64,000 nucleotides of DNA from NCBI GenBank assembly GCA_963845145.1, contig CAWJQU010000017.1, forward strand, positions 128,001 to 192,000. Direction: 5' to 3'. A program made the position numbers and the translations under genes. Origin of the DNA: an uncultured delta proteobacterium (lineage in GTDB: Bacteria; Desulfobacterota; Desulfobacteria; Desulfobacterales; QNYZ01). The notes beneath the pieces are model-generated. The model saw nothing but the letters and a program-made list of their open reading frames with translations. It had not been told where the DNA came from and ran no database searches. This document shows, in pieces, positions 38,676 to 49,643 of the stretch (positions are counted from its first letter, which is position 1; each line of letters opens with the position of its first letter).

Positions 38676-39473
38676 CTATTTTTTGGCAGCCTCGCGCCTA
38701 CGCGTTATTTCGTAAATAGTGGCACCTACAATGGTGATCAGGATAAAAATTAACGCTAGGGCATTCATGGCGGGGCTAATGAACTGTCGTAATTTCGTCC
38801 CGATATAAATGGGTAGGGTTTGTTTAAATCCAATGGCAAAAAGGGTCGTATTATAATTTTCAAAGGATTGCATAAAGGCCAGGGCAGCAGCGGAAAGTAA
38901 CGCCGGTTTTAAAAAGGGCAGGGTGATCTTCCAGAAGACTTGTCGATGGGTGGCACCTAGATCAAAGGCGGCATCTTCCTGGGTGCGGTCAAAGCGCTGA
39001 GCCCGGGCCATGATCAGCAACATGCAATATCCACTGATAAACGTTGCTTGACCCATAATGGCCGTCCAAAGGCCTCCGGATATATGAAAGGCCTTGTCCC
39101 AAAATAGAAAAGTGGAAATACCAAGAATGATCCCTGGTGTAAGAATGGGTGATACCAGGAGGGCATAAAATCCATCGCGTCCTTTAATTTGTAGCCTGGT
39201 CAGGAACAGGGTTGCGCCAAGGCCGATTGGAACGGAGATGATCACCACGAAGAAAGCTACGATCAGGCTATTAAAAAGTCCATCCCACATTTGTTTGTCG
39301 GCGAATAATTCTCCAAACCATTTGAAGGTGAACCCTTCCCAGGGAGCAACTTGTGGAATGCTGCTGGAATTAAAGGCTACGATTCCCATGAATACCAATG
39401 GCAGGAAAAGATAGACAAAAAACAGGACAATATAGCTGCCGGTGACAAACTGTAAAATGGTTTTTGAGTTCAT
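38676..39473 (-). CDS. PotC-like ABC permease
   Basis: F.Y...PL, GFT.KWF, EDAA.DLGA; start at MNSKTI. Confidence 0.85.
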   Translation of the reverse strand: MNSKTILQFVTGSYIVLFFVYLFLPLVFMGIVAFNSSSIPQVAPWEGFTFKWFGELFADKQMWDGLFNSLIVAFFVVIISVPIGLGATLFLTRLQIKGRDGFYALLVSPILTPGIILGISTFLFWDKAFHISGGLWTAIMGQATFISGYCMLLIMARAQRFDRTQEDAAFDLGATHRQVFWKITLPFLKPALLSAAALAFMQSFENYNTTLFAIGFKQTLPIYIGTKLRQFISPAMNALALIFILITIVGATIYEITRRREAAKK

Positions 39474-40363
39474 TTGGCAAGCTCTTTCAGGTTGACGCGG
39501 AAAACCTTGAGCATAATCATGATAAAAACAAGACACAGTGCCGCCAGAATCATGGCGTAGGCCGCACCCTGGTTCCAGTTGGCTGTTTCGAAATTGGTGT
39601 AAATGATCTGGGTAAACCAGAAACTGCTGGGACTGCCCAAAAGCTGTGGAGCGGCGATGGACCCGGCGGCCAGCATAAATGTCATGATGCATCCCACGGC
39701 AATTCCAGGTTTGGCGTATGGAATCACGATCCGCCGGTGAATGCGAAACCAGGAAGAGCCCAAATCCCGGGCAGCGTCAATCTGATTGCGGTCCAGGCTT
39801 TCCATGGCATTGTATAAGGGAAAAACCATAAAGAGGATGTACGCATAGGCCATTCCCATGATTACCGCCCCGTTGCCCATGCGAAAATTGATCGGCTCCC
39901 CGATGATTCCTAAAAACATCAGGAATTGGTTTAAAACGCCTGAATCGGCCAGGATGAGCTGCCAGGCAAATAAGCGCAACAGTTCATTGATCCAGTAGGG
40001 GATAATCAATCCCATCAGAATCCAGCCCAATCGAGCTCCCCGGGCCACCTTGGCCAGGTAAAAGGAGATGGGATAGCAGATGGCCAGGGCGACACCCGTG
40101 ACAATCGCACTGGACCAGATGGTTTTTAAAAAAATTGCCCGGTGCAGGGGGGTGGTAAAAAGCAAAATGTAATTTTTCAATGTATAAACATCTTCAGGGC
40201 CGCCGAGTTTTCGCAACGGAAGTAGGGGTCGAAACGAAAAATCTAACATGATTAGCTGTGGCAGTAAAATCATGAAAATGACCCAACCACCCACGGTCAA
40301 CAGAATAAAAATGACGCCGATACCGCCAAAATTTCGTAAGGCCTCTTGCCAAAGCTTACGCAT
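39470..40363 (-). CDS. PotB-like ABC permease
   Basis: IPYW.N.L.R..AW, DAARDLG. Confidence 0.85.
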   Translation of the reverse strand: MRKLWQEALRNFGGIGVIFILLTVGGWVIFMILLPQLIMLDFSFRPLLPLRKLGGPEDVYTLKNYILLFTTPLHRAIFLKTIWSSAIVTGVALAICYPISFYLAKVARGARLGWILMGLIIPYWINELLRLFAWQLILADSGVLNQFLMFLGIIGEPINFRMGNGAVIMGMAYAYILFMVFPLYNAMESLDRNQIDAARDLGSSWFRIHRRIVIPYAKPGIAVGCIMTFMLAAGSIAAPQLLGSPSSFWFTQIIYTNFETANWNQGAAYAMILAALCLVFIMIMLKVFRVNLKELAK

Positions 40364-41468
40364 CGGCCACCTCTTCATAAGCTAACAAGCGCGTGCTGTC
40401 GGCGCTGAAACAGACTTTGATATGGGTACCTACTTCCAAAAGAGGTGTGGATCCGTCGTTGCTTTGCCGCATGATAAAGGTATGATCGTCGCCGGATTTC
40501 AGTACTACCGTGATAAAGGATCCTTCAAAATTCAAACTTTCCACACGACATTCCACCCTATTTTCCGCCGTGTTCTCTCCTTCCCCAATTGTCAGTGCTT
40601 CCGGCCGGACAAAGACAATGGTTCGTTGACCGGGACTAAGGTCGTGGGGGTTTCTTCCTTTAAGTAAACCGAATGAGGTCTCGGCTATGCCATAGCCGTT
40701 AACCACCTCACGAACATCGCCTGAAAACGCATTGTTTTCTCCGACAAAATCAGCCACAAAAGCCGTATGCGGGGAATTGTAGAGGACATCGGCGGTGGCA
40801 ACTTGGTCAATGAGCCCTTTATCCGTCATCACACCGATTCGGTCGGACATGGTCAGGGCTTCGCCCTGATCGTGGGTAATATAAATAAAAGTAACCCCGG
40901 TACGTTTCTGGATTTTCCTTAATTCCGACCGCATATGTTGCCTTAGATTAAGATCAAGCGCGGACAGGGGCTCATCCAAAAGCAGCACCGCCGGTTGTAC
41001 AGCCAGTCCTCGGGCAATGGCCACGCGTTGCATTTGACCACCGGAGAGATCGCTGACTTTCTTTTTTTCCACACCGGGCAGATCCACCAGCTCGAGAAGT
41101 TCCGTTGCCTTTTTCTCACGTTCGGCACGGGATACACCTCTTACTTCCAGGCCAAAACCAATATTTTCGGCTACCGACATCAAGGGAAATAACGCCAGAT
41201 TCTGAAAAATCATCGCCGTCGGCCGTTTGTTCGGGCCGATCCCAAACATGTTTTCGCCCCCGATTTGCACTTCACCTTTAGTGGGTTCAATGAATCCCGA
41301 AACCAAACGCAATAGTGTCGTTTTACCACAGCCGGATGGCCCTAGAAAACTGAAGAACTCTCCGGCTTGAATATGGACGCTGATATTCGTAACCGCGTTT
41401 TTTCTGGCCCCTGGATAGCGCATGCTGACATCGGCAATATTGACGTCCTGGCCTTTAGTCTGGCCCAT
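40356..41468 (-). CDS. PotA-like ABC ATPase
   Basis: GPSGCGKT, LSGGQMQR, LDEP, THDQ.EA. Confidence 0.88.
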   Translation of the reverse strand: MGQTKGQDVNIADVSMRYPGARKNAVTNISVHIQAGEFFSFLGPSGCGKTTLLRLVSGFIEPTKGEVQIGGENMFGIGPNKRPTAMIFQNLALFPLMSVAENIGFGLEVRGVSRAEREKKATELLELVDLPGVEKKKVSDLSGGQMQRVAIARGLAVQPAVLLLDEPLSALDLNLRQHMRSELRKIQKRTGVTFIYITHDQGEALTMSDRIGVMTDKGLIDQVATADVLYNSPHTAFVADFVGENNAFSGDVREVVNGYGIAETSFGLLKGRNPHDLSPGQRTIVFVRPEALTIGEGENTAENRVECRVESLNFEGSFITVVLKSGDDHTFIMRQSNDGSTPLLEVGTHIKVCFSADSTRLLAYEEVADA

Positions 41469-41486
41469 ATCACCTCCCGTTTGATG

Positions 41487-41515
41487 CCCCTATACCGGGT
41501 TCGCCGGTATAGGGG
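41487..41515. terminator. Intercistronic 12-bp perfect hairpin after the binding-protein gene
   Basis: CCCCTATACCGG-gttcg-CCGGTATAGGGG. Confidence 0.6.
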
Positions 41516-41542
41516 GTTGGTCGCGAATTATTTTAGCAGTAA

Positions 41543-42718
41543 TTAAGCTGCCTGAAATTTATCCCGGTATTGCGTCCTTGCCGGCACGAACCAAGTTGGT
41601 TCATTGGGATACCACCAGAGGTTGTCCAGCGCGTCTTCAGGGTATGCTTCCGCAAACGCTTTTTTGGTGGCATCATCCAATAGATCAGCCGCCCCTGTAA
41701 CAACACTGTTGTAACCGGTGGATTTAGCCATAATCGCACCGGCTTCAGGCGTGTAAGCCCAGTTAATGTAGGCGTAGGCCTGTTCGACATTCTCGGCATT
41801 TTTAACGATGCTTACCGTATCGATCCAGGTCATGGCCCCTTCTTTGGGCGCCATGTATGAGACCGGTTTTCCCTCTTTTTTTAAGGTCATGATGGGGCCA
41901 TCCCAGGTTTGTCCTAAAACGCAACCGTTCTGGAGAAACGCCAATTGGTGGTCCTGGGCATTATTCCAAAACATCTTAATATTCTTTTTGCGTTCAACTA
42001 AAAATTTGAATATCTCATCGTATACCTTGCGCATCTTATCTTCGGATTCATATGTATCGTACATACGGTTAGACGGGACTTTTCCCGTGGCATCCAGATA
42101 GAGACCGGCACCGATAAATACCGAATGGGGTCTACAAGTGACTTTCTGTTCATATTTGGGATCCCACATGCTGCCGAAGGAAAGCTCTCCATATTTAAAG
42201 CTCAATTCGTCGGTATTCCAGGCGCATGCTTCAGTGCCCCAATCATAGGGCAAACTGACGCGTTTACCCCGAACGATACCGCCTAATTTTCCGGAGTTTT
42301 CATAAAATGATTTTTCCATGTTTTTCAAATTGGGAATTTTACTCTCATCAATCTCCCTGTACAGCTCAAAGTCCATTTGGAGCTGCACTTCAGTAATCGA
42401 CGGCTGGGCAATATCAAACCCGCTGGCCCGAGCTGCCCGCAACTTGTTCATGCACTCTTGGTTGGAGGCGTAGTTAGTGACCTTCACTTTGATACCTGTC
42501 GCTTTTTCAAAAGCCGCAATTACTTCCGGTTTCGAATAATCGGGCCAGGTGAAAAGCTTCAATTCGCCCGAGGATGACCGCGCATTTTTGATAAACCAAG
42601 GCCCCACGCTAGCTGTCGCAAATACGGCTGCTCCGGTGGCGGTTTGTTTGATAAATTTACGCCGGGTGATTCCTTTTCGGGAATGGGAAACTTTTTTTAA
42701 TGATTTACTTTCTGGCAT
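41543..42718 (-). CDS. PotD/PotF-like solute-binding protein with Tat signal
   Basis: TRRKFIK, W.DY, FEK.TGIKV, P..WG, PKEG...W.D. Confidence 0.85.
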   Translation of the reverse strand: MPESKSLKKVSHSRKGITRRKFIKQTATGAAVFATASVGPWFIKNARSSSGELKLFTWPDYSKPEVIAAFEKATGIKVKVTNYASNQECMNKLRAARASGFDIAQPSITEVQLQMDFELYREIDESKIPNLKNMEKSFYENSGKLGGIVRGKRVSLPYDWGTEACAWNTDELSFKYGELSFGSMWDPKYEQKVTCRPHSVFIGAGLYLDATGKVPSNRMYDTYESEDKMRKVYDEIFKFLVERKKNIKMFWNNAQDHQLAFLQNGCVLGQTWDGPIMTLKKEGKPVSYMAPKEGAMTWIDTVSIVKNAENVEQAYAYINWAYTPEAGAIMAKSTGYNSVVTGAADLLDDATKKAFAEAYPEDALDNLWWYPNEPTWFVPARTQYRDKFQAA

Positions 42719-42956
42719 AACCGACCTCCTTTTGTGATGGTTTCAAGTAACACCGTGCTTACTTGAGGGCCATTGCGGCCCAATATGCTGCGGGATCCCT
42801 TGCTGACAAGGGCTAAATTATGCTGCATGAATCTTGAGTGGTAACCTCAACCTATCACAAAGACAGAGCGCCCTCCATACTTTTTTTGTCCATACCTCGT
42901 GAGTAAAATAAATATGTGGCCTGCCTTTACAACGCTAATGGCTTCAAAAGGAATGT

Positions 42957-44051
42957 TCAGCAAAGGGCGTTCGTAATGTACTGTCCATACTTTTTGACCG
43001 TTTCGACAGCTATACGGATATTTTCAACCGGTGTCTTACGATTGAGGTTGCATAAGTAAAGTATCAATCGTTTTTGCCCGCCGCCAACCTTCAAATAGTG
43101 TTGCACCCGTCGTGCAATTTGCTGCACATCACCTTCAGCCAGAAGGGTTTGATCCACACCTAAAATAACCGGAAGGTTTTTGAGCTCAGCATAGGCCATC
43201 ACCCTTTCAGGACCAACCTTATTCAGGTCCGGGTCCTGTACCTCAAGGACACCCCCTGATATTTTTAGCTTTTGATCCCAGAAGCTTTCAACATCTTTGG
43301 CATAGGCATCTCCCCACCAGTTTCTAACGAAAATCCGTTCATCACAGAGTTCCCTAAGTCGGAGAATATAAGGAATGCTAAATTCGTCCAGCATATCCTG
43401 GGTTAGAAAGGGAAGGGATGAGAGGGCATCCGCACCATCAGCACCGGGACAATTGTCATTGTCCTTGAAAGCCGCCTGGATATAGGGCGCGATAACCGCT
43501 TCTGTCAGAAAACCCAACACCTGCTTGACAAAGGCGGGCTTTTCATAAATGGCCATGACCAGCTTTTCATAACCCATCAGCAGGACTGCCAGGCTAAACG
43601 GTGCGCAAAAGCCCAACGGTGCAGAAACACCTGTTAATTCTTTAAAAATATGCAGACTTTCAAGTGCGAAAGGCATTCGAGCCGATGTATAGGGATCCGG
43701 AGGCTTTAGCCGGGCCAAATCTTTTTCAGTTTCTATTAAAGGGCGGGATTGATCAAGGGCCGGGGATTGACCCTCGTGAAAAAAAACCTTAACCCCCATG
43801 GCTTCTGCTTCTATATTATATGCATCCCAAACGATGTCAGGAATATCGAATTGAAACGCCTTGACGGTGTCGAGAATACCCTTCACATACATCTGTGGCG
43901 AAGCGTAAAACTTCTCGCTTGATATGCCGCTCCATTGCATTGCAAATTCATGGAGCTGCGCAAACACCGGAACCCTGTCACCCGATCCGTTGTATGCGGC
44001 CTCAATTTGCTTGAACCCGTCGCTGAAATCGTATTGCGGCATATCGGCCAA
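42957..44051 (-). CDS. Uroporphyrinogen decarboxylase / MtaA-CmuA methyltransferase family protein
   Basis: DRVPV, IEAEAMG, P.P...RMP, APFSLA, TP.EN; start uncertain (44051 or 44042). Confidence 0.7.
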   Translation of the reverse strand: MADMPQYDFSDGFKQIEAAYNGSGDRVPVFAQLHEFAMQWSGISSEKFYASPQMYVKGILDTVKAFQFDIPDIVWDAYNIEAEAMGVKVFFHEGQSPALDQSRPLIETEKDLARLKPPDPYTSARMPFALESLHIFKELTGVSAPLGFCAPFSLAVLLMGYEKLVMAIYEKPAFVKQVLGFLTEAVIAPYIQAAFKDNDNCPGADGADALSSLPFLTQDMLDEFSIPYILRLRELCDERIFVRNWWGDAYAKDVESFWDQKLKISGGVLEVQDPDLNKVGPERVMAYAELKNLPVILGVDQTLLAEGDVQQIARRVQHYLKVGGGQKRLILYLCNLNRKTPVENIRIAVETVKKYGQYITNALC

Positions 44052-44216
44052 TTTATTTGAGATTAACCGTCAGTTCAATGGGGGAATTTTTTAGATATTA
44101 GAAATTAGTAAAAATTTTATAATTTGTCAATAACTTAAGATATTTGATAGCCTCAAAAAAGCAGGTTTCGGTAAAGTTTTATTCTTGATCTGCTGAAACC
44201 ATTCAGCGCGAAATCA

Positions 44217-44672
44217 CTACTCGTTCAAGGCAGATGTGCAGTGGGCGCAGCGCGTGGCCTCGATGGCGATTTCGGATAGACAGAAGGGGCATTTTTTGGT
44301 CGTATCGGCCTCATCTTCCTTCGTCTCTACGGCATTCTGGATTCTATTCAGATTTTTTACCAGAATAAATACCGCAAAGCCGACAATGAGCAGGCTAATG
44401 ATTGTATTTAAAAACATACCGTAGTTTATGGTCACCGCTCCGGCTTCCTTAGCCGCTTCTACAGTTGCATAAGGGGCGGCCGTTGCCCCTTCCTTGATAA
44501 CGGCAAAAAGGTTGGAAAAATCCACATTGCCCAAAAGCATACCGATGGGTGGCATTATGACATCTGCAACCAACGATTTAACGACGGTCCCAAAAGCCGC
44601 CCCGATAATGATCCCCACGGCCATATCCATGGCGTTCCCCTTTAAGATAAACTCTTTAAACTCTTTGATCAT
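44217..44672 (-). CDS. mscL: Large-conductance mechanosensitive channel
   Basis: EFKEFI.KGNA.D.AVG.IIG.AF, INYG.F, C-terminal CPFC..C.HC. Confidence 0.95.
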   Translation of the reverse strand: MIKEFKEFILKGNAMDMAVGIIIGAAFGTVVKSLVADVIMPPIGMLLGNVDFSNLFAVIKEGATAAPYATVEAAKEAGAVTINYGMFLNTIISLLIVGFAVFILVKNLNRIQNAVETKEDEADTTKKCPFCLSEIAIEATRCAHCTSALNE

Positions 44673-44995
44673 CTTTTCCTCCCTTTTATGTTTTCTGTTA
44701 TTTTTCCGGTTTAAGTTTCACTAGAAATTAGTAAGAATATTTTTTATATTGTCAAGCGGTTACCCCATACGATGGGTGCGTGTGACGGGTCGCCGATGAT
44801 ACACTATCAATTTTTTCCCAACGCTTGGATGCCTCATTCAGGAATCATAGATAGCTATCGGGTATAGAGAATATTCTGTTCGGCCGGGATGGCGTTAAAG
44901 TAAGCTTTTGCAATATTTTAAACGACAGTATATACAATTATCGGCTGTCAGCCGTAACGATAATTGAATGACTATTCTGAAAGTAATATCAGGCA

Positions 44996-46825
44996 ATGAG
45001 CAATAGCCGTCTTCGCAACCGTTTACTATCATGGCTAAATCCCGCGCGAGGGATGGGCCTTGAAACGACCTATTTTGAATCGGATGATATACTTGCCGAA
45101 TATCGACGTTCTGTCGATGAACTGTTTATTTCGCGGGTAAACATCGCTTTTTTAGTTTGCATCATTCTTATGCCCGGGGCCATCGTTTTCGATCGTTTAA
45201 TTTATCCCGACCAATTGACCGAACTCATTCGGGGGCGCTTCGTTTCCACGTGTTTATACATTATTCTATGGATATCATTTAATATATCGCGTCTCAAAAA
45301 GTATCCACGGGTAATGATCTATACCCTCGTTTTCCTAACTTCCGGAACCATCGCTCATTTATGTTATCACACGGGTCAATGGGCCAGCTCATATTACGCC
45401 GGGCAAATTTTGGTCATCATGGGTGTTTCCACCATCGCACCGATGGGGCTGGTTCATGTCGTGATCTGCGGACTGATAATCATGGCGCTCCATTTTGGAT
45501 GGAATTTAGGCCCGGCGGCATTTAGCGGGACCGATTTTGAATGGTCAATGGTCTGGAACAGTCTCTACTTTCAGGTTATGGCGCTCATCCTGATGGCCCT
45601 GGCATCCTGGATGATTGAAAATTACCGGCGTAGGAGTTTTATCAGTACTTATCGCTACCGCAATATGATTGATCGCATGGAGGAGGCTTATTACCAAGTG
45701 GACAAACGGGGGCGATTTACATTCGTCAATCCGTATATGGCTCGTATCATGGGGTATACACCCACCGAATTAAAAGGGCGTCGATTCACTCAATTTCTAA
45801 ATCGCGAGCAAGGACGGGAAATTTTGAATACGGTTAATGCCATAAGCGGAGGTGGTAATCCCCAAAAAGATATACAGATAAAGTTTCAGCCGAAAAGCGG
45901 GAAACCCTTGTTTATTGAAACTTCAATCACGCCGCGAAATACTGCTGCCGGAATTTTAAAAGGGTATAGTGGTATCGGCCGGAACGTCACTGATCGCAAA
46001 CAGGCTGAAAACCTGCGTCGGGAAAAATTACAGGCTGAAGAAGCCAGCCAGGCCAAGAGCCGCTTTTTGGCGACCATGAGCCATGAGCTGCGTACGCCGC
46101 TTAATCATATTATAGGTTTTACTGAACTCGTTCTGGATAAACATTTTGGGCCCCTCAATGCCGTGCAGGAAGAGTATCTGGGGCATGTTCATGCCAGCAG
46201 CCAACACCTTTTAAGTCTTATCAGCGATATTCTGGATATTTCCAAGATCGAAGCGGGTAAAATGAAATTAAGGCGCAAGCCCACGAATTTGGAAGTGCTG
46301 TTGACTGATTGTCTCATTTTGTGTGAGGAGATGGCTGCAAAAAAGAACATACAACTTAAGCGTTTTTTGGATTCTCTACCCACCCAGGGTATGGTTGATG
46401 CTCGTAAATTGAAACAAATCGTCTATAATTTGCTCTCTAATGCAGTGAAATTCACGCCCCGGAACGGTACCATCCAATTTGACGCGCGGATCTTGGCGGC
46501 CAAAGATCTGTCCGAGATTCCTTCAACCAAAGACGGTAACGGATTTGATATCTCACCCCCGGATGTCGATTGTAAATTCGGGCCGGATGAGACACTTTTA
46601 CAGGTCATGGTGGCAGATACAGGCGTTGGACTAAAACCGGAACAAATGAAGCTGATCTTTAAACCGTTTGAACAAGTGGATAATTCGAAACGCCAAATAT
46701 TTGAGGGGACGGGCCTCGGCTTGGCGTTGATTCGAGAAATGGTGAAGTTGCATGGTGGGTGGATTCAGGTCTCCAGCCCAGGCCCCGATAAGGGGAGCTC
46801 TTTTCGCTTTGTTATTCCCGTTTGA
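44996..46825 (+). CDS. Membrane PAS sensor histidine kinase
   Basis: TM region, PAS, MSHELRTPL, NLLSNAVKFT, DTGVG, GTGLGL. Confidence 0.92.
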   Translation: MSNSRLRNRLLSWLNPARGMGLETTYFESDDILAEYRRSVDELFISRVNIAFLVCIILMPGAIVFDRLIYPDQLTELIRGRFVSTCLYIILWISFNISRLKKYPRVMIYTLVFLTSGTIAHLCYHTGQWASSYYAGQILVIMGVSTIAPMGLVHVVICGLIIMALHFGWNLGPAAFSGTDFEWSMVWNSLYFQVMALILMALASWMIENYRRRSFISTYRYRNMIDRMEEAYYQVDKRGRFTFVNPYMARIMGYTPTELKGRRFTQFLNREQGREILNTVNAISGGGNPQKDIQIKFQPKSGKPLFIETSITPRNTAAGILKGYSGIGRNVTDRKQAENLRREKLQAEEASQAKSRFLATMSHELRTPLNHIIGFTELVLDKHFGPLNAVQEEYLGHVHASSQHLLSLISDILDISKIEAGKMKLRRKPTNLEVLLTDCLILCEEMAAKKNIQLKRFLDSLPTQGMVDARKLKQIVYNLLSNAVKFTPRNGTIQFDARILAAKDLSEIPSTKDGNGFDISPPDVDCKFGPDETLLQVMVADTGVGLKPEQMKLIFKPFEQVDNSKRQIFEGTGLGLALIREMVKLHGGWIQVSSPGPDKGSSFRFVIPV

Positions 46826-46916
46826 AAACTTCGAATAATCCGACGATGCAGCCGTTAATAAACAAAAGTGGTTGTATTAAAACCAAATTAATTCATTAAA
46901 TAACGTCTTGGCAACT

Positions 46917-48512
46917 ATGAAAAAAACAACCCAGCTTAAGTTACTTCTATCCAGTCATACACTTGAATTCATTTGTGAAGCCCACAATGGCCTAAGCGCG
47001 AAAATCGTTCAGGAACAGGGGTTCCCGGGTATCTGGGCCAGTGGACTGGCCATATCTTCCGCCTTCGGGGTACGGGACAATAATGAGGCCAGTTGGACCC
47101 AGGTTCTGGAAAACGTGGAATTCATGAGCGATACCACCTCTATTCCCATTTTGCTTGATGGCGATACGGGTTATGGCAATTTTAACAATATGCGCCGGCT
47201 GGTCAAAAAATTGGAACAGCGGGACATTGCCGGGGTGTGCATCGAAGATAAGCTTTTCCCTAAAACCAACTCATTTATCAACGGCAACACCCAACCTCTG
47301 GCGGATATCGATGAGTTTTGCGGTAAAATTAAGGCGGGTAAGGATATTCAAGCCGATGATGATTTTTGTATTGTGGCACGTATTGAAGCCTTCATCGCAG
47401 GATGGGGGCTTAAGGAGGCGTTGACACGGGCCGAAGCCTACCGACGGGCCGGTGCGGATGCTATTCTGGTTCATAGTAAAAAAAATAATCCGTCGGACAT
47501 CGAAATATTTATGAAAGAGTGGGGCGATCGGCATCCGGTTGCCATCGTCCCGACCAAATATTATTCCACACCCACCGACCGTTTCAGGGAATTGAACATC
47601 AGCTTGGTTATCTGGGCCAACCATTTGATTCGGTCGGCTGTGCGCGCCATGCAAAAAATCGTGCGGCAGATTCATGCGGACGAAAGTCTCGTTAATGTTG
47701 AAGATAAAATAGTGCCGGTCTCTGAGTTGTTCCGATTGCAAGGGGCGTCCGAGCTTCAAAGCGCCGAGGAAAAATACCTGCCCACCAGAGGAAAAAAATA
47801 CAACGCCGTTATACTGGCGGCAAGCCGGGGGATTGAGTTGGGAGATATGACCGAGGGCCTTCCCAAAGCGATGCTAAAGGTAAACAATACCCCGATTTTG
47901 ACCAACACGATTGACATGCTGAACCAAGTAAACATCAAAGACATTACCGTCGTTCGGGGTTATAAGGCTGAAATGATTAACGGCGTCAATTTTAATGTCA
48001 TCGATAATTTGCAGCATGCCGAGTCCAAGGACCTTTATTCGCTCTATCTGGCAAAAGCGAGCCTGAAAGGGGAATGCCTTATTGCATATGGCGATTGTCT
48101 CTACCGTTCCCATCTGATCACCGATCTTTTGGAATGTGACGCTGATATAAGAATCGTCGTCGATGCCGATTTTGAGGGCAAAGCAAAATCCCATGACCTG
48201 GTCACCTGTACCGGGCCGTATACCAACGATTTTTTTACCCAGAACATTTATCTCGAAGATATCTACGTAAAAACAACAACAGGAAAAACCCACGGTGAAT
48301 GGACCGGTCTGATAGCCGCCGGGGTCGAGGGCGCCCGCATCATAAAGATGACCATTGAACAGATGGCGACCCAGGATGATTTTAAATCCCTGTCGTTGAC
48401 CGATTTACTCAAAGCGTTGATCCATAAGACAAAAATCCAGGTCGTCTATACCAAAGGCGGTTGGTTGGATATCGACAATCTTTCCGATTACCGCCTGGCC
48501 GGGGGGTTTTAA
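46917..48512 (+). CDS. pepM: Phosphoenolpyruvate mutase fused to a nucleotidyltransferase-like domain
   Basis: [10 protein letters not shown] (EDKxxxxxNS) motif; C-terminal ILAASRG...PK domain. Confidence 0.93.
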   Translation: MKKTTQLKLLLSSHTLEFICEAHNGLSAKIVQEQGFPGIWASGLAISSAFGVRDNNEASWTQVLENVEFMSDTTSIPILLDGDTGYGNFNNMRRLVKKLEQRDIAGVCIEDKLFPKTNSFINGNTQPLADIDEFCGKIKAGKDIQADDDFCIVARIEAFIAGWGLKEALTRAEAYRRAGADAILVHSKKNNPSDIEIFMKEWGDRHPVAIVPTKYYSTPTDRFRELNISLVIWANHLIRSAVRAMQKIVRQIHADESLVNVEDKIVPVSELFRLQGASELQSAEEKYLPTRGKKYNAVILAASRGIELGDMTEGLPKAMLKVNNTPILTNTIDMLNQVNIKDITVVRGYKAEMINGVNFNVIDNLQHAESKDLYSLYLAKASLKGECLIAYGDCLYRSHLITDLLECDADIRIVVDADFEGKAKSHDLVTCTGPYTNDFFTQNIYLEDIYVKTTTGKTHGEWTGLIAAGVEGARIIKMTIEQMATQDDFKSLSLTDLLKALIHKTKIQVVYTKGGWLDIDNLSDYRLAGGF

Positions 48513-49643
48513 TGCTGACGACTAATAATTTCGGCGATTATTTAAAACAGATGGGTTTTGGTTTCTGTTCAGGCGTGCCGTGTTCTTTTTTAAAAAACCT
48601 CATCAACTATGCCGCCAATCATTTAGACTATGTCGCCGCAGTCAACGAAGGCGATGCCGTTGCCATTGCCTCGGGAGCGGTTCTCGGCGGGAAAAAAGCC
48701 ATGGTGCTCATGCAAAACTCGGGTCTGGCCAATGCCTTATCCCCGCTCACATCGCTGAATTATATTTTTAAAATTCCGGTTCTGGGTTTCGTTAGCTTAA
48801 GAGGCGAAACAGGTCTTGAAGATGAGCCCCAACATGAACTCACGGGTGTCACCACCGAAGAGATGCTCACAACTGCGAGGGTGGAAACCGATTATCTGTC
48901 AACAAATTTAAAAAAAGCGCGACGACAACTTGAACAGGCCAATGACCATATTGAAAAAGGTCGGTCGTTTTTCTTTATTGTGCGGAAAAATACCTTTTCA
49001 ACGGAAAAACTGGCGGTACAACCGTTTTGTGAAAGACCCGTTCAGCAGATGATTAGAAGTAAGCCAGCGCCGGCACCCATGACGCGTTTGGCAGCCCTTG
49101 AGGTGATCTCGAAATCTAAGGATGATGATACTTGCCTTTTGGCCTGCACCGGCAAATGCGGGCGTGAACTTTTTGAAATCGGGGATTCGCCTCACAATTT
49201 TTACATGGTCGGATCCATGGGATGTGTCGGCCCACTTGGGTTGGGATTGTCCATGGCCCGACCGGATAAAAAAGTGGTCGCCGTCGACGGTGACGGCGCC
49301 CTTCTGATGCGAATGGGGTCCCTTGCCGCCAATGCCCGCTACGCAAGTGGTAATTTGCTTCACATCCTGTTGGATAACCAGACGTATGACTCCACCGGTG
49401 GCCAGGCAACCTGCGCCGACTTTACGGACTTTATGGCCGTTGCCCATAGCCTGCGGCTATCCAAACGTCATCGCAGTCCATACGCCCGAAGAGCTCGAAA
49501 CCCGTATGGATGAATGGCACTGTCGTCCGGTATTGACATTTTTATACATCCAAATCGACAAGGGGTCCAAAAAGAACCTTGGACGTCCCACGGTCACGCC
49601 ATGTCAAATAACAGAACGGTTTATGGGGTTTATAAAGGATTGA
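48512..49643 (+). CDS. ppd: Phosphonopyruvate decarboxylase, +1 frameshift near 49450 as sequenced
   Basis: GVPCS, NEGDA, MQNSG, DEPQH, GSMG, DGDGA.LM, STGGQ; C-terminus (LGRP) in next frame. Confidence 0.88.

Noticed and set aside
44099..44755. TAGAAATTAGTAA repeated at 44099 and 44722, each near TGTCAA
   Set aside because: Best explained as two similar minus-strand sigma70 promoters (TTGACA...TACTAAT); the resemblance to a Cas12a repeat start is coincidental.
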